A stretch of DNA of 64,000 bases, taken from Lama glama. Lineage: Eukaryota. Shown here piece by piece: positions 38,445 to 52,089 of this stretch (positions within the stretch are counted from its first letter, which is position 1; each line of letters opens with the position of its first letter). Below the pieces are notes generated by a model, which saw only the letters and a list, made by a program, of their open reading frames with translations, made no database searches and was not told the origin of the DNA. Location of the stretch: contig CM052816.1 in assembly GCA_028534125.1 (NCBI GenBank), positions 18,850,001-18,914,000 of the forward strand, in the 5' to 3' direction. Made by a program: the position numbers and the translations under genes.

Positions 38445-41174
38445 CTCCCTGCAAACAAAAGTCTAGGACTGATGGCTGCAATGGGGAATTCTACTAAATA
38501 TACAAAGAACTCATACCAATCCTTCTCAAGCTCTTCTAAAAGACTGAAGAGGAGAGAACATTCCCAAACTCATTGTATGAAGCCACCATCACCCTGATAC
38601 CAAAACCAGACAAAGACACTACCAAAAAAGAAAATTACAGGCCAATATCTTTGATAAATATAGATGTAAAAATTCTCAATGAAATATTAGCAAACCAAAT
38701 CCAACAACACGTAAAAAAGCTCATGCACTATGATCAAGCTGGATTCATCCCAGGGTCACAAAGATGGTTCAACATTTGCAAATCAATCAATGTGATACGT
38801 CACATCAACAAAAGAAAGTACAAAAACCTCATAATTATCTCAACAGATGCAGAAAAAGCATTTAATAAAATTCAATATCCATTCATGATAAAAACTCTTA
38901 CCAAAGAGAGTATAGAGGGAACATATCTCAAAATAATAAAAGCTATTTATGACAGACACATAGCCAATATAATAATCAACAGTGAAAAGTTGAAAGCCTT
39001 CCCACTAAAATCTGAAACATTCTAACCACTTCTATTCAACATAGTATTGGAAGTCCTAGCCATAACAAGAAAAGAAATAAAAGGCATCTGAGTTGGAAGG
39101 GAAGAGGTAAAACTGTCACAATACTCAGATGACACGATACTATACATAGAAGACCCTAAAGAATCCACACACAAACTACTAGAGCTGATAAATGAATTCA
39201 GCAAGGTAGCAGGTGACAAGATTAACATATAGAAGTCTGTTGCATTTCTTTACATTAACAAGGAAAATATCAGAAAAGGAACATTTAAAAGGGATTTTAA
39301 AAATTCCTTTGAAAATTACATCAAAAAAAATGAAATAAAATACTTAGGAATAAACCTGATCAAGGAGGTGAACAAAATTATATGCTGAGAACTATAAAAT
39401 AATGATAAAGGAAATTAAAAATAATTTAAAGAAATGGAAAGATATCCTATGCTCTTGGATTGGAAGAATTAATATAATTAAAATGGCCATACTACCCAAA
39501 GCAATCTACAGATTTAATGTGATCCCAATCAAATTACCCAGGATATTTTTCACAGAACTAGACCAAATAATCCTAAAATATATATGAAATCACAAAAGAC
39601 CCAGAAGTGCCAAAGAAATACTGAGGAAAATGAACAAAGCTGGAAGCATAATTCTCCCAGACTTCAGATACTACTACAAAGCTACAGTAATTAAAACAGC
39701 ATGGTATTGGTACAAAAAAAGACATTAGGATCAATGGGACAGAATAGAGAGCCCAGAAATAAACCTACACCCCTATGGTCAATTAATCTTCAACAAAGTA
39801 GGCAAGAATGTACAATGGAGAAAAGACAGTCTTTTCAGCAAGTGGTGTTGGGAGAGCTGGGCAGCCACATGTAAATCAATGAAGTCAGAACACTCTCTCC
39901 CACTATACACAAAAATAAACTCAAAATGGCTTAAAGACTTAAACATAAGACAGGACACCATAAACCTCCTAGAAGAAAACATAGGCAAAACATTCTCTTA
40001 CATAAATCTTAGCAATGTTTTCCTAGGTCAAACTATGAAGGCAATGGAAATAAAAGCAAAAATAAGCAAATGGGACCTAATTAAACTTACAAGCTTTTGC
40101 ACAGCAGAGGAAACCATAAACAAAATGAAAAGACATGCTACAGAATGGGAGAAAATATCTGCAAATGATGCAACTAACAAGGGCTTAACTTCCAGAATAT
40201 ATAAACAGCTCATACAACTCAATAACAAAAAAACAAACAATCTAAAAATGGGCAGAAGACCTAAACAGACATTTCTCTAATGAAGACATACAGATGGCCA
40301 ATAGGCACATGAAAAGATTCTCAATATTGCTAAGTATCAGGAAATGCAAATCAAAACTACAGTGAGGTATCACCTCACACCAGTCAGAATGGCCATCATT
40401 CAAAAGTCCATGAACGCTAAATGCTGGAGAGGGTAGGAGAAAAGGGAACCCTCCTACACTGCAGGTGGAAATGTAGTTTGGTGGAGCCATTATGGAAAAC
40501 AGTATGGAGATTCCTTTAAAAACTAAAAATAGATGTACCATATGATGCAGCAATCCTACTTCTGGGGCTATATCCAGAGGAAACTCAAATTTGAAAAGAT
40601 ACCTGCACCCCAATGTTCATAGCAGCACTATTCACAATAGCCAAGACATGGAAACAACCTAGATATCCATTGACAGATGATAAAGAAGTTGTGGTATATT
40701 TATACAATGAAATATTACTAAGCCATAAAAAAGAATAAAATAATGCTATTTGCAGGAACATGGATGGCTAGAGATTACCATACTAAATTAGGTAAATCAA
40801 AGATAAATATCACATGATACCACATATATGGGGAATCCAAAAACAATGACACAAATGAACTTATTTACAAAACAGATGTAGACTCACAGACACAGAAAAC
40901 AAACTATGGTTACCTAAGGGGAAAGGTGGGGAGGGATAAATTGGGGGTTTGGGATTAGCAGATACAGACTATTATATACAGAACAGATAAATAACAAGGC
41001 CCTACTGTATAGCACAGGGAATCATTTTCAATAATTTATAATAACCTATAATGAAAAAGAATATGAAACATATACTCTTATACAAATATATATATATATA
41101 AAACTAAATCACTATGCTGTATACCAGAAACTAACACAACATTGTAAATAACTATACTTCAATTAAAAAGAAGA
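38445..41174 (+). mobile_element. Younger 5'-truncated L1 (ORF2 RT to C-terminus, 3' UTR, A tail), inactive
   Basis: ORF 38573-39025 [36 protein letters not shown] catalytic motif read as YSDD at 39122-39133; [32 protein letters not shown] aagaacttc 38436-38444 / aagaaattc 41175-41183. Confidence 0.95.
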
Positions 41175-41829
41175 AAGAAATTCAACAGCAATACAGGAGT
41201 AAAACAGACAGTAAAACAGAAAATTAAATATCTGGCTCTACAATCATTCAAAAGTCCTTCTATGAAGTCATTAGAAGCTTTCGTCCTAACATATGATGAA
41301 GGTTACTGTGATCAATGTGCTCACTCCCCTGGCAAGGGCATGGAAGGGGAATGACAATCTCTCGGGGCAAGCGAGTCACCTTTGTCATACACTGCATACT
41401 TATTAAAATGTCAACGCAGCATGAGGCTCTATGCTAGGAACTCGAGGGATATGTAATCTTGTAAGAGAGTTGAACCCACATACAATAATTATAATAAAAG
41501 TCAGCACACGAACAACGCTTGGGGCTGCGATTTTCAGGTCCCAAGAAACACAGTCTGCTCAGGTAGGAATGTCAGAGAGGGGAAGCCACACCCGCATCAC
41601 ATGCAGTGAGAAGAAAGGCCACGAAAATATGTCTGGGCCTGTGTGAATGGAGGCCCGGGGTCATCGCGTCCCCCCTTCCCAGGCTCTCCAGGCTGGCGCT
41701 GGCCCCAGGCCCATCCTCAGTTCCAGACACAGCTTGTCTTCCTGGCACCTGGAAAATTCTACATATCCCTCCTCATATTTCAGTCTTACTTTTGTTACCA
41801 AATGGCCTATAGATATTTACTTTAAATAA

Positions 41830-42132
41830 GCATCCATACTTTAAAATAACTGAGTTTTTCATTGAAAAGTAAGATACGCACGTGGTTAAAAAATCAAGCA
41901 ATACAAAAATCAAACAATACAAATAGATGTTCAGTTAAAAGTGACTCTCTTGTTTACCCTGGGCCCCAGCCTCACCTCTCAGGTACAACCACCAGCTTCT
42001 GGTGCCTCTGAGAGATGTCTGCACATGTGCGGGCACATGAATATGTACACAACTCCTTTATAACAGATGATGGTCAGTTAGACACCTTGTTCCGCACCTT
42101 GCTGTTTCCACCTAATCTTCTGTCTTGGAAAT
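41830..42132 (-). mobile_element. L1ME-type 3' UTR fragment
   Basis: gtaagatacgcacgtggttaaaaaatcaagcaatacaaaa..ttgttccgcaccttgctgtttccacctaat..tcttggaaat. Confidence 0.6.
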
Positions 42133-42234
42133 GAGGTTAATCCTCAACTCCATGGGCTCAGACTACCTCCCACAATTCTAGTAAACAAAGGTGATCTGTA
42201 AACCAAGTTGCAGGCACAGCAAGGGGACTCAACA

Positions 42235-42600
42235 CATGCCCCTCTGCCTGGAACGTGATCCTGCAGCTCTGCACAGCTGTCCCCCTAGGCTTGGGTCTCA
42301 GTGCAAATGTCACCCCAAAGGTGAGCCTTCCTGGATCACCTTATGTCAGAAATACCCACTCCCCTCACCCAGGTATATGCCTTTCTCTCTCAGAACCTTG
42401 CATGTTTTCTTCACATCCCTTAACAGGGTATCCAGCCACTTTATTTGCCTACTTACTGCTTCACTCTCAGTCTCTTCCTATGAAACGGCAGCCCTGTGAG
42501 GACCAAAGCTACCACTGTCTCAGTCACTGTTGTGTTCCTGGCACTGACCACGTGCTGCCAAATGGCAGATGCTCAGTGTATTCTTGGTGAGTAAATAAAG
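42235..42600 (+). mobile_element. L2 3' part
   Basis: ccctctgcctggaacg..gggtctcagtgcaaatgtcacc..tcactgttgtgttcctggcactgaccacgtgctg..gatgctcagtgtattcttggtgagtaaat. Confidence 0.75.
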
Positions 42601-42639
42601 TCATGTTATGTCTTTTTAAAGCTCTTTTACTTCCCACGT

Positions 42640-42800
42640 GAGGGATAGATGAGGTGGTATGAGATCATCGGGGTAAGGATTAACCCCAGCTTAATGATGG
42701 AAAAACAGGTTTGAGGAAGTGGCACAACTTCCCCAAAACCTCGTAGTGAGCCAATACTACAACTCAGACATGATGATTCAAGACCTAGGCCCCTTCCTCA
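42640..42800 (-). mobile_element. MIR fragment
   Basis: ttaatgatggaaaaacaggtttgaggaagtggcacaacttccccaaaacctc. Confidence 0.5.
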
Positions 42801-43535
42801 TCCAGGAAATGCCAAGTTGCACTGATTGAGTCTCAGCTCCTAAAACACCAGGCCTTGTCTTCCAGTAGGATCTCAACTCTGCAGATACAACCACAGATAA
42901 AGGGCCAGGACCTGCTCTCACTCCTTCCTCTGATTAGGATCTAAGGATGTGCCCCAAGGAGGAGCAAGTCCCTCAAAGGACACAACTGTCCTACTCACAT
43001 CTGATAGACGTCAAGGGCCTTGGGATAAGGGAGAATTCAGGAATTTCCTTTCACACCTGCTTGGTCAGCCTGGGCAGAAGAAGGCACACTGCATGTCCCA
43101 CTTAGCCCACTCACGTCCACCAATCAGTCTGTTGGCCACTGTGGAGCAAACCCACCGTGTTACTGCACCTCCCATCCTTACGGACCTGCTTCAGCACATG
43201 CAATATAACTGCAAGGCCAAAGCTACAGTGGGGAGGGGAGGGGTGGCTGCAAGTGGAAATCTGCTCTTCCTAGGAACCCCCTTGTTTGTTGACCCACTTG
43301 GAGACATTATTCCAGGCCAGCTGCAGAGGCCTCCCTCATGGTGAGAAAAGGCCACTGTCCTTGACAGCAGCTGCTCACCTCTGACTTGAGCTACTCAGAT
43401 TCAAGCACTGATCTTCAATGCTGGTCCTAGTCAGACTCTGACCACCACCATCAGGAGAATCGAAGACATAATGGCAGAACTCACTGCCACTTAGGCAGAG
43501 GTTAGTGTTCTGCTTGGTTCACATCTTCTACAGAT

Positions 43536-43666
43536 AAGGGGGCCATATGATTTATCTTCCAAACCAAGACAGTTTTGAGAGTAAAAAGGGACACTCTTAC
43601 TACTTATACCAGGATTTTAGACATGAATCAGGACTGTCCCAGGCAAACCAGGAGTATGTCACCCTA
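43536..43666. mobile_element. MER94/MER81-type hAT-Blackjack element
   Basis: ccatatgatttatcttccaaaccaagacagttttgagagtaaaaaggg..ggactgtcccaggcaaaccagga..gtcacccta. Confidence 0.8.
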
Positions 43667-43749
43667 ACTAAGGCAAGTCCTAAGCCCCTGAACACTCCTC
43701 TGAGCTTGGACCATCTGCCAAACACTCACCCAACTGCACATCCTCCACT

Positions 43750-43937
43750 ACTTTGCATTTATAAAAGATGTCCCCAAGCATTTGCACATCCATATAATAT
43801 TCTTATGAACTATGAAAACAAGTAGAATCTCCACTTCAAAAACAAAGGCAGGGAAGCAGGGTAAGGTAAAGGAGATTGCCAAAGGTCCCACAGAAGTTAG
43901 TGGCAGAGATGGGACTAGAACTCAAGTCTCCTGACCA
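43750..43937 (-). mobile_element. MIR fragment
   Basis: ttgccaaaggtcccacagaagttagtggcagagatgggactagaactcaagtctcctgac. Confidence 0.75.
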
Positions 43938-44249
43938 TGTTCATTAAATAAACCAATTCCACCTTCTTGCTCCACTGTGGGCCAGTGCTGATTGACATAA
44001 CTACCAAAGCAGAAACGGGCCCCTTTGCTGGTCACACGATGAGCTTCTGCTAGGAACTAACAAATCAATACTCAGTTAAAAATCCTGTGCTAAAGAATTG
44101 CTCTCTCTTTATCTAATACAATTTCCAGTGGGTGCGCCTTACTTCATATAGAAGCAGGAAAACATACACACTTAGAGCTGCATGCATACTCTTCCTCCGA
44201 AGGGATCACCAACAGAATGTGTATCATCTGATCATAGCATGTCTCATCA

Positions 44250-44420
44250 CACAGTGTGGCTTTGGGGGTCTCTCCTCCTAGAGGTGAGAATCAAGGCTGT
44301 CTTCATCACTGTTATAATTTCACCTCTTAACACAGTGCCTGGCATGAGCAAGTACTCTAATTCCATGAAAAGGTGGATGGTGAATGGATGGGTGCATGGA
44401 TGACTGAATGCATGGTTGGA
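44250..44420 (+). mobile_element. L2 3' end
   Basis: gtcttcatcactgttataatttcacctcttaacacagtgcctggcatgagcaagtactc..tgaatggatgg. Confidence 0.7.
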
Positions 44421-46689
44421 AGAGTGCATACACGGACAGGGGTGTGCATGAACACACACACGCATGTGTGGAAAGGAGCTGGTCTCCTATGATGGAGGAT
44501 CAGCTATCTTTAAAGTCTATTTAGAAGTTGATAAGTAGGTCATGATTACCCGTGACTTTTGATATCCACTTTTTCCCCATTGATAATTCAAGTGCCGCAG
44601 TGCAAGAAAATAGGAGAAGCAAAGGGGCTGGAGAACATTCTAACCCAAACCAGTGAACATGGTGAATGCAGAAACCTAAGCTTCTGAGAAGCAGCCCCTC
44701 TAAAGACAGCCACAGGGCATGGGAAGAAGGAGACAAGCCAGCTTGGTGGACACCCAGAGGTCCTGGGGTCTAGGCCAAGGCCGGGAGCGGTCAAGCCAGG
44801 ACACACAGCACAGAGACAGGGTGAGGGGATCACAGAGGGAACAGAAGATAATTACGGGCTTCACCAGCAAGGAACTCTAATTCATTTCCCTCATGAGCCA
44901 CGGTGGTAATTTCATCCATTTTATTGGTCCTCTGAACTATAAAAGCAAACCCAGTACCTATTAAAGGCAGCCTCTCCAGGCCTGGAAAACCTCTCCTTTA
45001 TGGTCAGGGAGGTTTGTTCAGAGACCACAAAAATAACTGCACTTTAGTTAGTGATGCTATTTTTCCAGGGAACTCCCTTGCTGATCTTTTGTCGAGCAGG
45101 CACCCCAGCAAATTTCCCTTCCCTGGGAGAGAGCATGACCTGTGTACCAGGGAAGACAGTGGAATCCTGGGTGTTTTGAAGTCAGTTATGCTGGGTTCTA
45201 GTTCAGGGTTTGCCACTCACAGGACGGGGACCCTCAGCCAAACCACTTCACTTCTCTGAGACTTGGATTCGTATCTGCTAAGCAAATCTGGCAGTGCTGC
45301 TGGCTCACAGGTAGTGCTGAGGATGAAAAAAACCTTCCCTGGGGCACAGATGGCCACTGGGTGACCCTGAAGGGCTCGGCAGATGTACCATGGTGTCATG
45401 TGTCTATTTACAGGATTAAAAATCGGATATGGTTTGTCTGCAGATAAATGCTTCTCAGATATTTTAAATGAAAAGTTGGAAAACAAAGTCAGATCCTAGC
45501 AACTTATTACTATTTGTGGGGGATCACATTAACTTTGAGTTTAACCCAAATGAACATATTCCACTGCTTTGTCAAGACAGACCTACCACTCAGACCACAG
45601 CCCTCAGTCCTGAAAATATGGACATTTAAGTGAAAGAAAACTGTAAGGCTGACAGAGTATGAGCCAGTGCGAACAACCGGGTCTCTGTCCAGACACCAGC
45701 CCAGGCCTGACTTAATTATATGTCAGTACAATGCCAGTCGAAAGATTTTGGGGCCAGTCCACCCTGGCTAAAAGGTCAGATTCCACCCCCCCCCCAACCC
45801 GGGGCTGAAATTGTTCTCACAGCCCACTCACTGCAGTGGCACTGCTTAGGAAAGAACCTAGCCCATTTTAGGTATTCAACACACATTTCCTGAACTGAGT
45901 CTTAAATCTGAAAATAATATAGTATCTTGTGAAACACTGGGTTTAACCAGCAAACTCTCTTTGACAACACCCTCCCAAGCCAGGTGTTCATCTCCCCAAA
46001 TTTGCATTTTTTTTTTCTGACAACACAGATATTCCTCTGCTCATTTCTGATGCTGTGGTAAAAATCAGCATTTTTGCCAAGGAGGGGTCAAGACAATGCA
46101 GAATAGTCTCACTCAGCCCAAGAATTTCCACTGGCTTCAAACTTAGGACAATTTTCAAAAGTAAGTTTCAATTAAATTCAATTCAACTACTGATTTCAAA
46201 GATGTGTGTTTCAAGATGGTCAAACACCAAGCAAGAGGGTCAGGCAAGGACGGTAAAAAAGATGACGTAAAAGTAAAAAAAGACAGAAAGATGTTAAATG
46301 CTCATGTTTCTGGAAAGCAAGCACCAAGGTAAGATCACCCAAGAGTATCCACTTTTTACATAGACACCTGCAGCATTTCTGCAGGGGATGGGGGCCATCC
46401 GGGACGATGAGACCCTAGAAAAGGCAGACCCTGCCTAGTGTTTCTCCCTGGACATGCTGGCCACAGACAAGGATGTCAACCAGGCAATTTCCAAACCTTC
46501 CCAGCCAGAGCCTCACACTCAAAAGATACAAAACCTTTGGATGTTTCCAAACAAGAACTCCCAAACTGTCAGAGGCACACCACTCTTACTACTTAGAACT
46601 GAAATTATAATGGGACTGGGGGCTCTAGAGGCTGGAGTCTGGCATGGAGGAGCAGCCCTTGTTTTGGATTTTAATAGGATTTTAAAAGT

Positions 46690-46905
46690 TACAAAGAAAT
46701 TGATGCTCACTGCACAAAATAGAGAAAATAGAGAATGCTATAAGGAAGAAAATAAAAATCATTCAAATTTCCACAACATAGAGACAATTATTAACATTTA
46801 TATAAAAGCATAAATACATAAATAAAATTAGAAGCATAATGTACATAATTCTGTATCCCACAGTTCTCACCTAAAATTACTTAAAAGCATTTTCCAGTGG
46901 CATTC
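46690..46905 (-). mobile_element. L1ME-type 3' UTR fragment
   Basis: gaaaatagagaatgctataaggaagaaaataaaaatcattc..agagacaattattaacattt..aagcattttcc. Confidence 0.6.
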
Positions 46906-46919
46906 GTTCACTGTTTATA

Positions 46920-47140
46920 TTTCATTAACATTCACATAGCACTTACTCTGTACCAGAAACTCTTCTAACTGCTTCACAAGCATTAATTCTTCACAGCAGG
47001 GCCTTGAGCCTGAGCCATTATTATTATCCTCATTTGCAGTTGGGGACACTGAGGGATCAGAGAGCAGGCAAGGGGTAGAGCTAGAGTTCACACCCAGCTG
47101 TCTAGTTTCAAAGACCAAGCCCTTAACACCATGCTGAGCT
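46920..47140 (-). mobile_element. MIR
   Basis: taacattcacatagcacttactctgtaccag..attattattatcctcatttgcagttggggacactgagg. Confidence 0.8.
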
Positions 47141-47449
47141 GCCTCTGTGGTCTTTGGAAACCTGACTTTTGAGGACTCCATAATATTCCGGTTTGGTCTC
47201 CTGTGATCGGGGCAATGCCACATTAAAGATCTCAAAGTCCCTTTGGGCCATGTTCCCTTCAGCAGTCTGAGTTATTCTTTTATTGACTGTAGGAAAAGGC
47301 AAGAATCCTGAATATCAGGTGCCTCAACTGTTGACCTCAAGTTTGGGGTGGGACCCACTGGGACAGGCTGTAGCGAACCTGGGAACCACCGCCAAAGAAA
47401 CACCTCTTGGAAGAGCGTTAGCCGCGTGACCCCGGTGTCACAGGGAATG

Positions 47450-47580
47450 GCTGCTTCTCCACTTACTGGCTCAGGCAAGTCACTCGATTTGTCTGAGCTT
47501 CATTTCTCATCATTAAAATGGGGGCACTTCTACTTGCCTGACAGGATATCTGTGAGGCTTAAGGAGACAGATAGGTAAAC
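47450..47580 (+). mobile_element. MIR fragment
   Basis: ccacttactggctcaggcaagtcactcgatttgtctgagcttcatttctcatcattaaaatggg. Confidence 0.75.
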
Positions 47581-47679
47581 CTGAAGTCCCTGGCCCTGGG
47601 CCAAGTACAAAGATGTTCTGTTTTTGTTTTTCATTTATCTACTGATTCAGGTGAATATCCACTCATGCCTTACCCACAG

Positions 47680-47915
47680 GATGGGAAGGACAGACTGCAG
47701 TCAGACAGGCTGGGATGGACTCCCAGCCCTGCTAGTTCCTAGCTGTGGGACTTTGGGCAAGTTTCTTAACCACTCTGAACCTCTGTTTCCTCATTTGTGT
47801 GATGGGTATAATAACGGAACCCATCACACAGGGTTGCTGTGGGGATTGAATGAGATAATGCAAGTCAGAGGACGTAGAGTCTCGTAAGGACTCAATACGT
47901 CACAGCCATGCATTA
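47680..47915 (+). mobile_element. MIR
   Basis: ctagctgtgggactttgggcaagtttcttaaccactctgaacctctgtttcctcatttgt..agggttgctgtggggattgaatgagataatg. Confidence 0.85.
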
Positions 47916-49709
47916 TTTCTTCGCTAATTTTCCCCAGTCTCTGCTTTCCTCTGTACTCACTTCATTTGCTTCTCCACTGAGGTGGAGCCCAGGAAGGGAG
48001 CAGGGAGTGGCCCACCAGGCCTCAGTCTGTGACATAAACACTCTCAAGGAGCCCATCCCAGGAGAGGTTTGAGGCCTGGTCACCCTCCACTCCTCTCCCC
48101 TACTTCACAGCTGAGGCAACCTGACAGGTGTGCCCAGTCACGTCACAGAGCACTGTTGGGACTCTGAGGGCCTCTTCCAGCACCCCAGAGAATGATTAGA
48201 ATCTTACTTCTAAAGGAACCCCCTTCTCCTTTCAGTGAGCACTTCTGGGGTGCTCTGTCCTGACCCTGAAGCTGGAACACCTATTTCTGAAGCCCTCTTC
48301 TTGAGTCCTAAGGGAGGCATGCAGAAAACTAGCCGCTGCCACCCAAGCCTACCAGCTTCAAGTGATGAGGCTTCCTGGGCTCTGAGTTGGCATGTCCCCT
48401 AAGAACACTTCACCAGTAGCACCAGCTCCAGGGAGGGGCAGCCTGGAGCAGGGCTGGGCCTGCTGGGAGACAGGCCTGCCTCTTCAGTACTTCCACGCAG
48501 CCCTCAGGCTGCAAGGGAGGAATGGGACACTCCTCAAAGCCAGCATGGTAACCGTGGGAGGCATTAAGCTTAATTAGGCTAATTGTCTGCCTGAAGTCAT
48601 TCACCTTCAACCTCCAAAAAGCATCTTCAGGAAAAAATCTGACAGCAGCTGTGGGGCTGGAGGTGGGGGATTAGGAAGCTGGAGCCTGAAATTCTTAAGA
48701 GGACTCTTGGGGTGTAGCACTAACCAACTAAATCTATGCCCAAAACAGGCCAAAAAGGGGATTTCTCAGCTGTTAGTCTCAAGTCAGGATCTGGACTTGG
48801 GCTACAGGCTGGGGGCTTGTCTATTTCCCTCAGAGCCTATTTGACTTGGTCAGTGGAGATGTGACCAAGGGAACTGCTGTGTCTGTGCCTCTGTGGTTCC
48901 CACAGGTCGACTTTCACCAACTGTTTCGCCCCTGTGGCAGTGGCCTCCTGTCTGCCAGGACTGAACAGACAGACAGTGGCGTTTGATTTTGTGCAATTGA
49001 CAAAGTGATAGACAGACAGAAAGACTTATCAGACTGGGTGGAATGGCTCTTTACTCAGAAAACTGCAGGCAGGTGTTTGATGACTACAAAGTCGAGCTGA
49101 GACCGAGCAATCCCTTGCAACAAGGGAAAAATAAACAAACCATCTATTAGCAGCTAAATAGAATCCCAAGCCCCAAAACTCAAAAGCTCTAGGGAGCAGA
49201 GGTACAAGAGGCCAGATCACTGTACATAAACCGTTTCCTGTGACTGGGGTGCAGGGAACGAATCTGGAAGCTGGTCCCACCCCCCAGGTCTGTGGAAGTC
49301 CATCCACCTTTGCTAAAAATCTCATTGAATCCAATCTCATCCAGAATTCATGATAAACTAGATATGGAACACCTGGATACTTCCTTCATAACGGTTTAGG
49401 AAAGACACGCTCGTGAACACAATTGTGGGGGCAGTTGTCTAGCCTTGAGTCTTCCCAGTCCCCTTAGCAGCACATCCTAGTATATGAGGAGCTAGACATA
49501 AATAACCCTCTTTAGTCCATCAGAGCTGATTCTGGCCGTAAGAGGCTCACTCTGTTGGCTGTGGGCCCTGGCTCTGTATACACTCTTTAGAAAAAGTAAG
49601 AGGCAGGAAGTTCATGGACTGATGCCAGCCAAGTGCTGGAAGCACAATCCTCTGTGCTCCTACTAAGTGGCAGACCCTAGGCAAGGTTGCTCTGAACAAT
49701 AAACCATGA

Positions 49710-49825
49710 CAGATGTCACTGACCTAGATTTATAAAAAGAAGAAACCAAGGCCCAGACACATTACATAACCTCTTGGGGTCACTGCACAAGTGAGCACAC
49801 TGCTGGATTCAAACTCAGGTCAAAG
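49710..49825 (-). mobile_element. MIR fragment
   Basis: atttataaaaagaagaaaccaaggcccagac..ggtcactgcacaagtgagc..gctggattcaaactcagg. Confidence 0.6.
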
Positions 49826-50574
49826 CCTACACACGTGGTATCCCCCGGAATTCAGTAACAAGGCTTCCTCTGGCCCAGCGGGGCCCTTGCTCTGGTAGCT
49901 GTATGGGGGATGAACAGACTGGAGGGCTGTGAAGCAGTTTACCCTTCCACAGTCCAGCAGGAGGCGGCAAGGTCCAACCAAGGTGGGAGCCCACGGTCGG
50001 AGCCATAAGGAAGCCAAAAGTTTGGGGAGGAAGGGTGATTTCTTCAGAGACCTATAACCCATGGGTTCCTGTCAAGAAGAGAGAGGGAAGAACCATGCTT
50101 TCTCCTAGGAGTTAGACAAGGTAATGACAAACCCTTCCAGCACACACAACCCGCTCAATGATAGAGGAACCTTTCCCTGGAAAGTTCCCAGGCACATCCA
50201 GGAAAGCAGAGAATTGACTACAAGCCAGATTCCCCAGGCATGGCCGCTGGAGGTGCCCATGGGAGACAGCAGCCCTTAGCAATGACCACCTCTCCCATGT
50301 ACATAATACACTATGCAGAGAGTTCTTATATGGCCCCCACCAGAGCCCTGCAAGGACAGTCAGCAGCCAGAAGTCATAATTACAGATGAAGACCCTGGTG
50401 CCCAAAGCCATTAAATGACTTATCCACTCCATGGAGGGGTGACCCCAGCCAGTAGTCAGAACTACCCTGGATCACCCCTGCCCGCAGCGGTCAGCCCTTT
50501 GCTCTTGGTGTCTTCTGTGGTTGGTTTTTTGAATTCACATCTATGTGACCAGCTCTGTGAAGGTAGAGAAGGGA

Positions 50575-50705
50575 TAATTTGTTCATTCAGTCAGTCAGTC
50601 AACAAACACTCGAGTGCCTACTATGTACCAGGCACGCACTTGGTGCTGGAGATACTATAGTGGAAAATAATAGATACAGTCCTTGCCAGGAAAGGCACTC
50701 TAGGG
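50575..50705 (-). mobile_element. L2 3' end
   Basis: ttcattcagtcagtcagtcaacaaacactcgagtgcctactatgtaccaggcac..tgctggagatac. Confidence 0.8.
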
Positions 50706-52089
50706 AACAAGGAGTGCAGAGTAGGGGCTACAAAAGGGTAGGAGTGAGTGGGAGGTTAGTAGGGGAGACAGCATAGAGGCAAGACTCTGTGCAGGCACCA
50801 GGCTGTGAAAGGGAGGGGAAGAGATGTTCCCTCCCAGCCCAGCCACTCCATCTGGGGGAATCCAGCTGGGTCCTGGAGTACACCTCCCCAGAGGAACCCA
50901 GCACCACTGTCCCTGAGCTGGGGATCTTCAAACCAACAAACCGACATCCTCACGCCTTAGGCATGGGGCAGCAGAGAAGGCAAGGATGAGGACCCTGCCT
51001 ATATGGAGAAGAGTGGACAGATGACACATCTATTCCCCAAGCTGCTCCATTCGGAATGTCCCCATCATCACCTACTCGGCACCAGAGCATAAAGGCCCTA
51101 GAAGGGCCTCCTCTACCTTATTACTTTAACCTACTTTTAATCAACCAAAAACCACACCCAAAGACAGAGTTCCCAGAATGAGAAGCTGTAAGGAGGCCAG
51201 CAGAGGTATCCTTGACAACTTCAATACAGCACAAGTGCTGAGTGATATATTGAGCCCCGAGGGGGTTGGCTAAAGGACAAAGGAGAATGTAGAAATACAA
51301 ATGGATTTTTTTTCTTAGATATGTTCTGGCAGGGACAGACAGGAATAGACTCCTCTTCCCAAGGTCATGGCCATGTACTGACTTCCCCAAAGATTCCCTG
51401 AGAAGCAGCCACACCCTGGGCAAGCCTGTGAGCGTGGAGGCCAGGACTCAGGCTGTGCCCTCTGACTTCCAGCACAGAGTCAGACCAAAGGTGGCGCCAA
51501 GGAAGATCTGCTGGATAAAATTAACAAGGGAAAGAATTCTGGAAGGAAGGAGTGATGAGCAACTTACTGGGCTGTTCTGTGGTCAGGAATGGGGTTGGGC
51601 AGGGGGAACATGCAGCTGGAGAGGCAAGAGTACCTACCCTTAATACCAGCAGTGCCAGCTGTGTCTTCCCAGCCTCAGTTTCCCCAGCAGCCCATCCTGT
51701 CTCCCGCTATTCTGGACCCTAATGAGCGACAAAGAGCAGGGTTACCTGCAGAGCCCCACATAGCATGACAGCACCCTGCCTGTGCATGGTGAGGAAGAAG
51801 AAGAAAAAGGAGCAACAGGTGCTCTGAATACAGCAAACCTCAAAGGCTCCCCAACAGAACCTGGTGGGAGGGGGCACCCCCAGGAGCCTTTAGGTCTAGG
51901 AATCCAAGTCAGTCAGACAGGAGGGATGTGCACAGCCATATAATCAGACAGCAGTCCCCAAGATGAGAAGTAAGCATGATCATTCAGGTATGAGCCTTTC
52001 TGATCATCCCTGTGCAAGAGGGGCCCTTCCCAAACATGTGGTCTCTCTGGAACCATGGTTCTAGGAGCAAAATTAATAATGATTATAGT

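Noticed and set aside
38573..40613. ORFs with clear protein similarity as host genes
   Set aside because: They are fragments of L1 ORF2 or its antisense strand, broken by stops and frameshifts.
45783..45805. Poly-C/G runs (also ~6570-6600, ~58780-58791, ~61725-61740) as G-quadruplex elements
   Set aside because: Short homopolymers common in mammalian DNA, with no supporting context.
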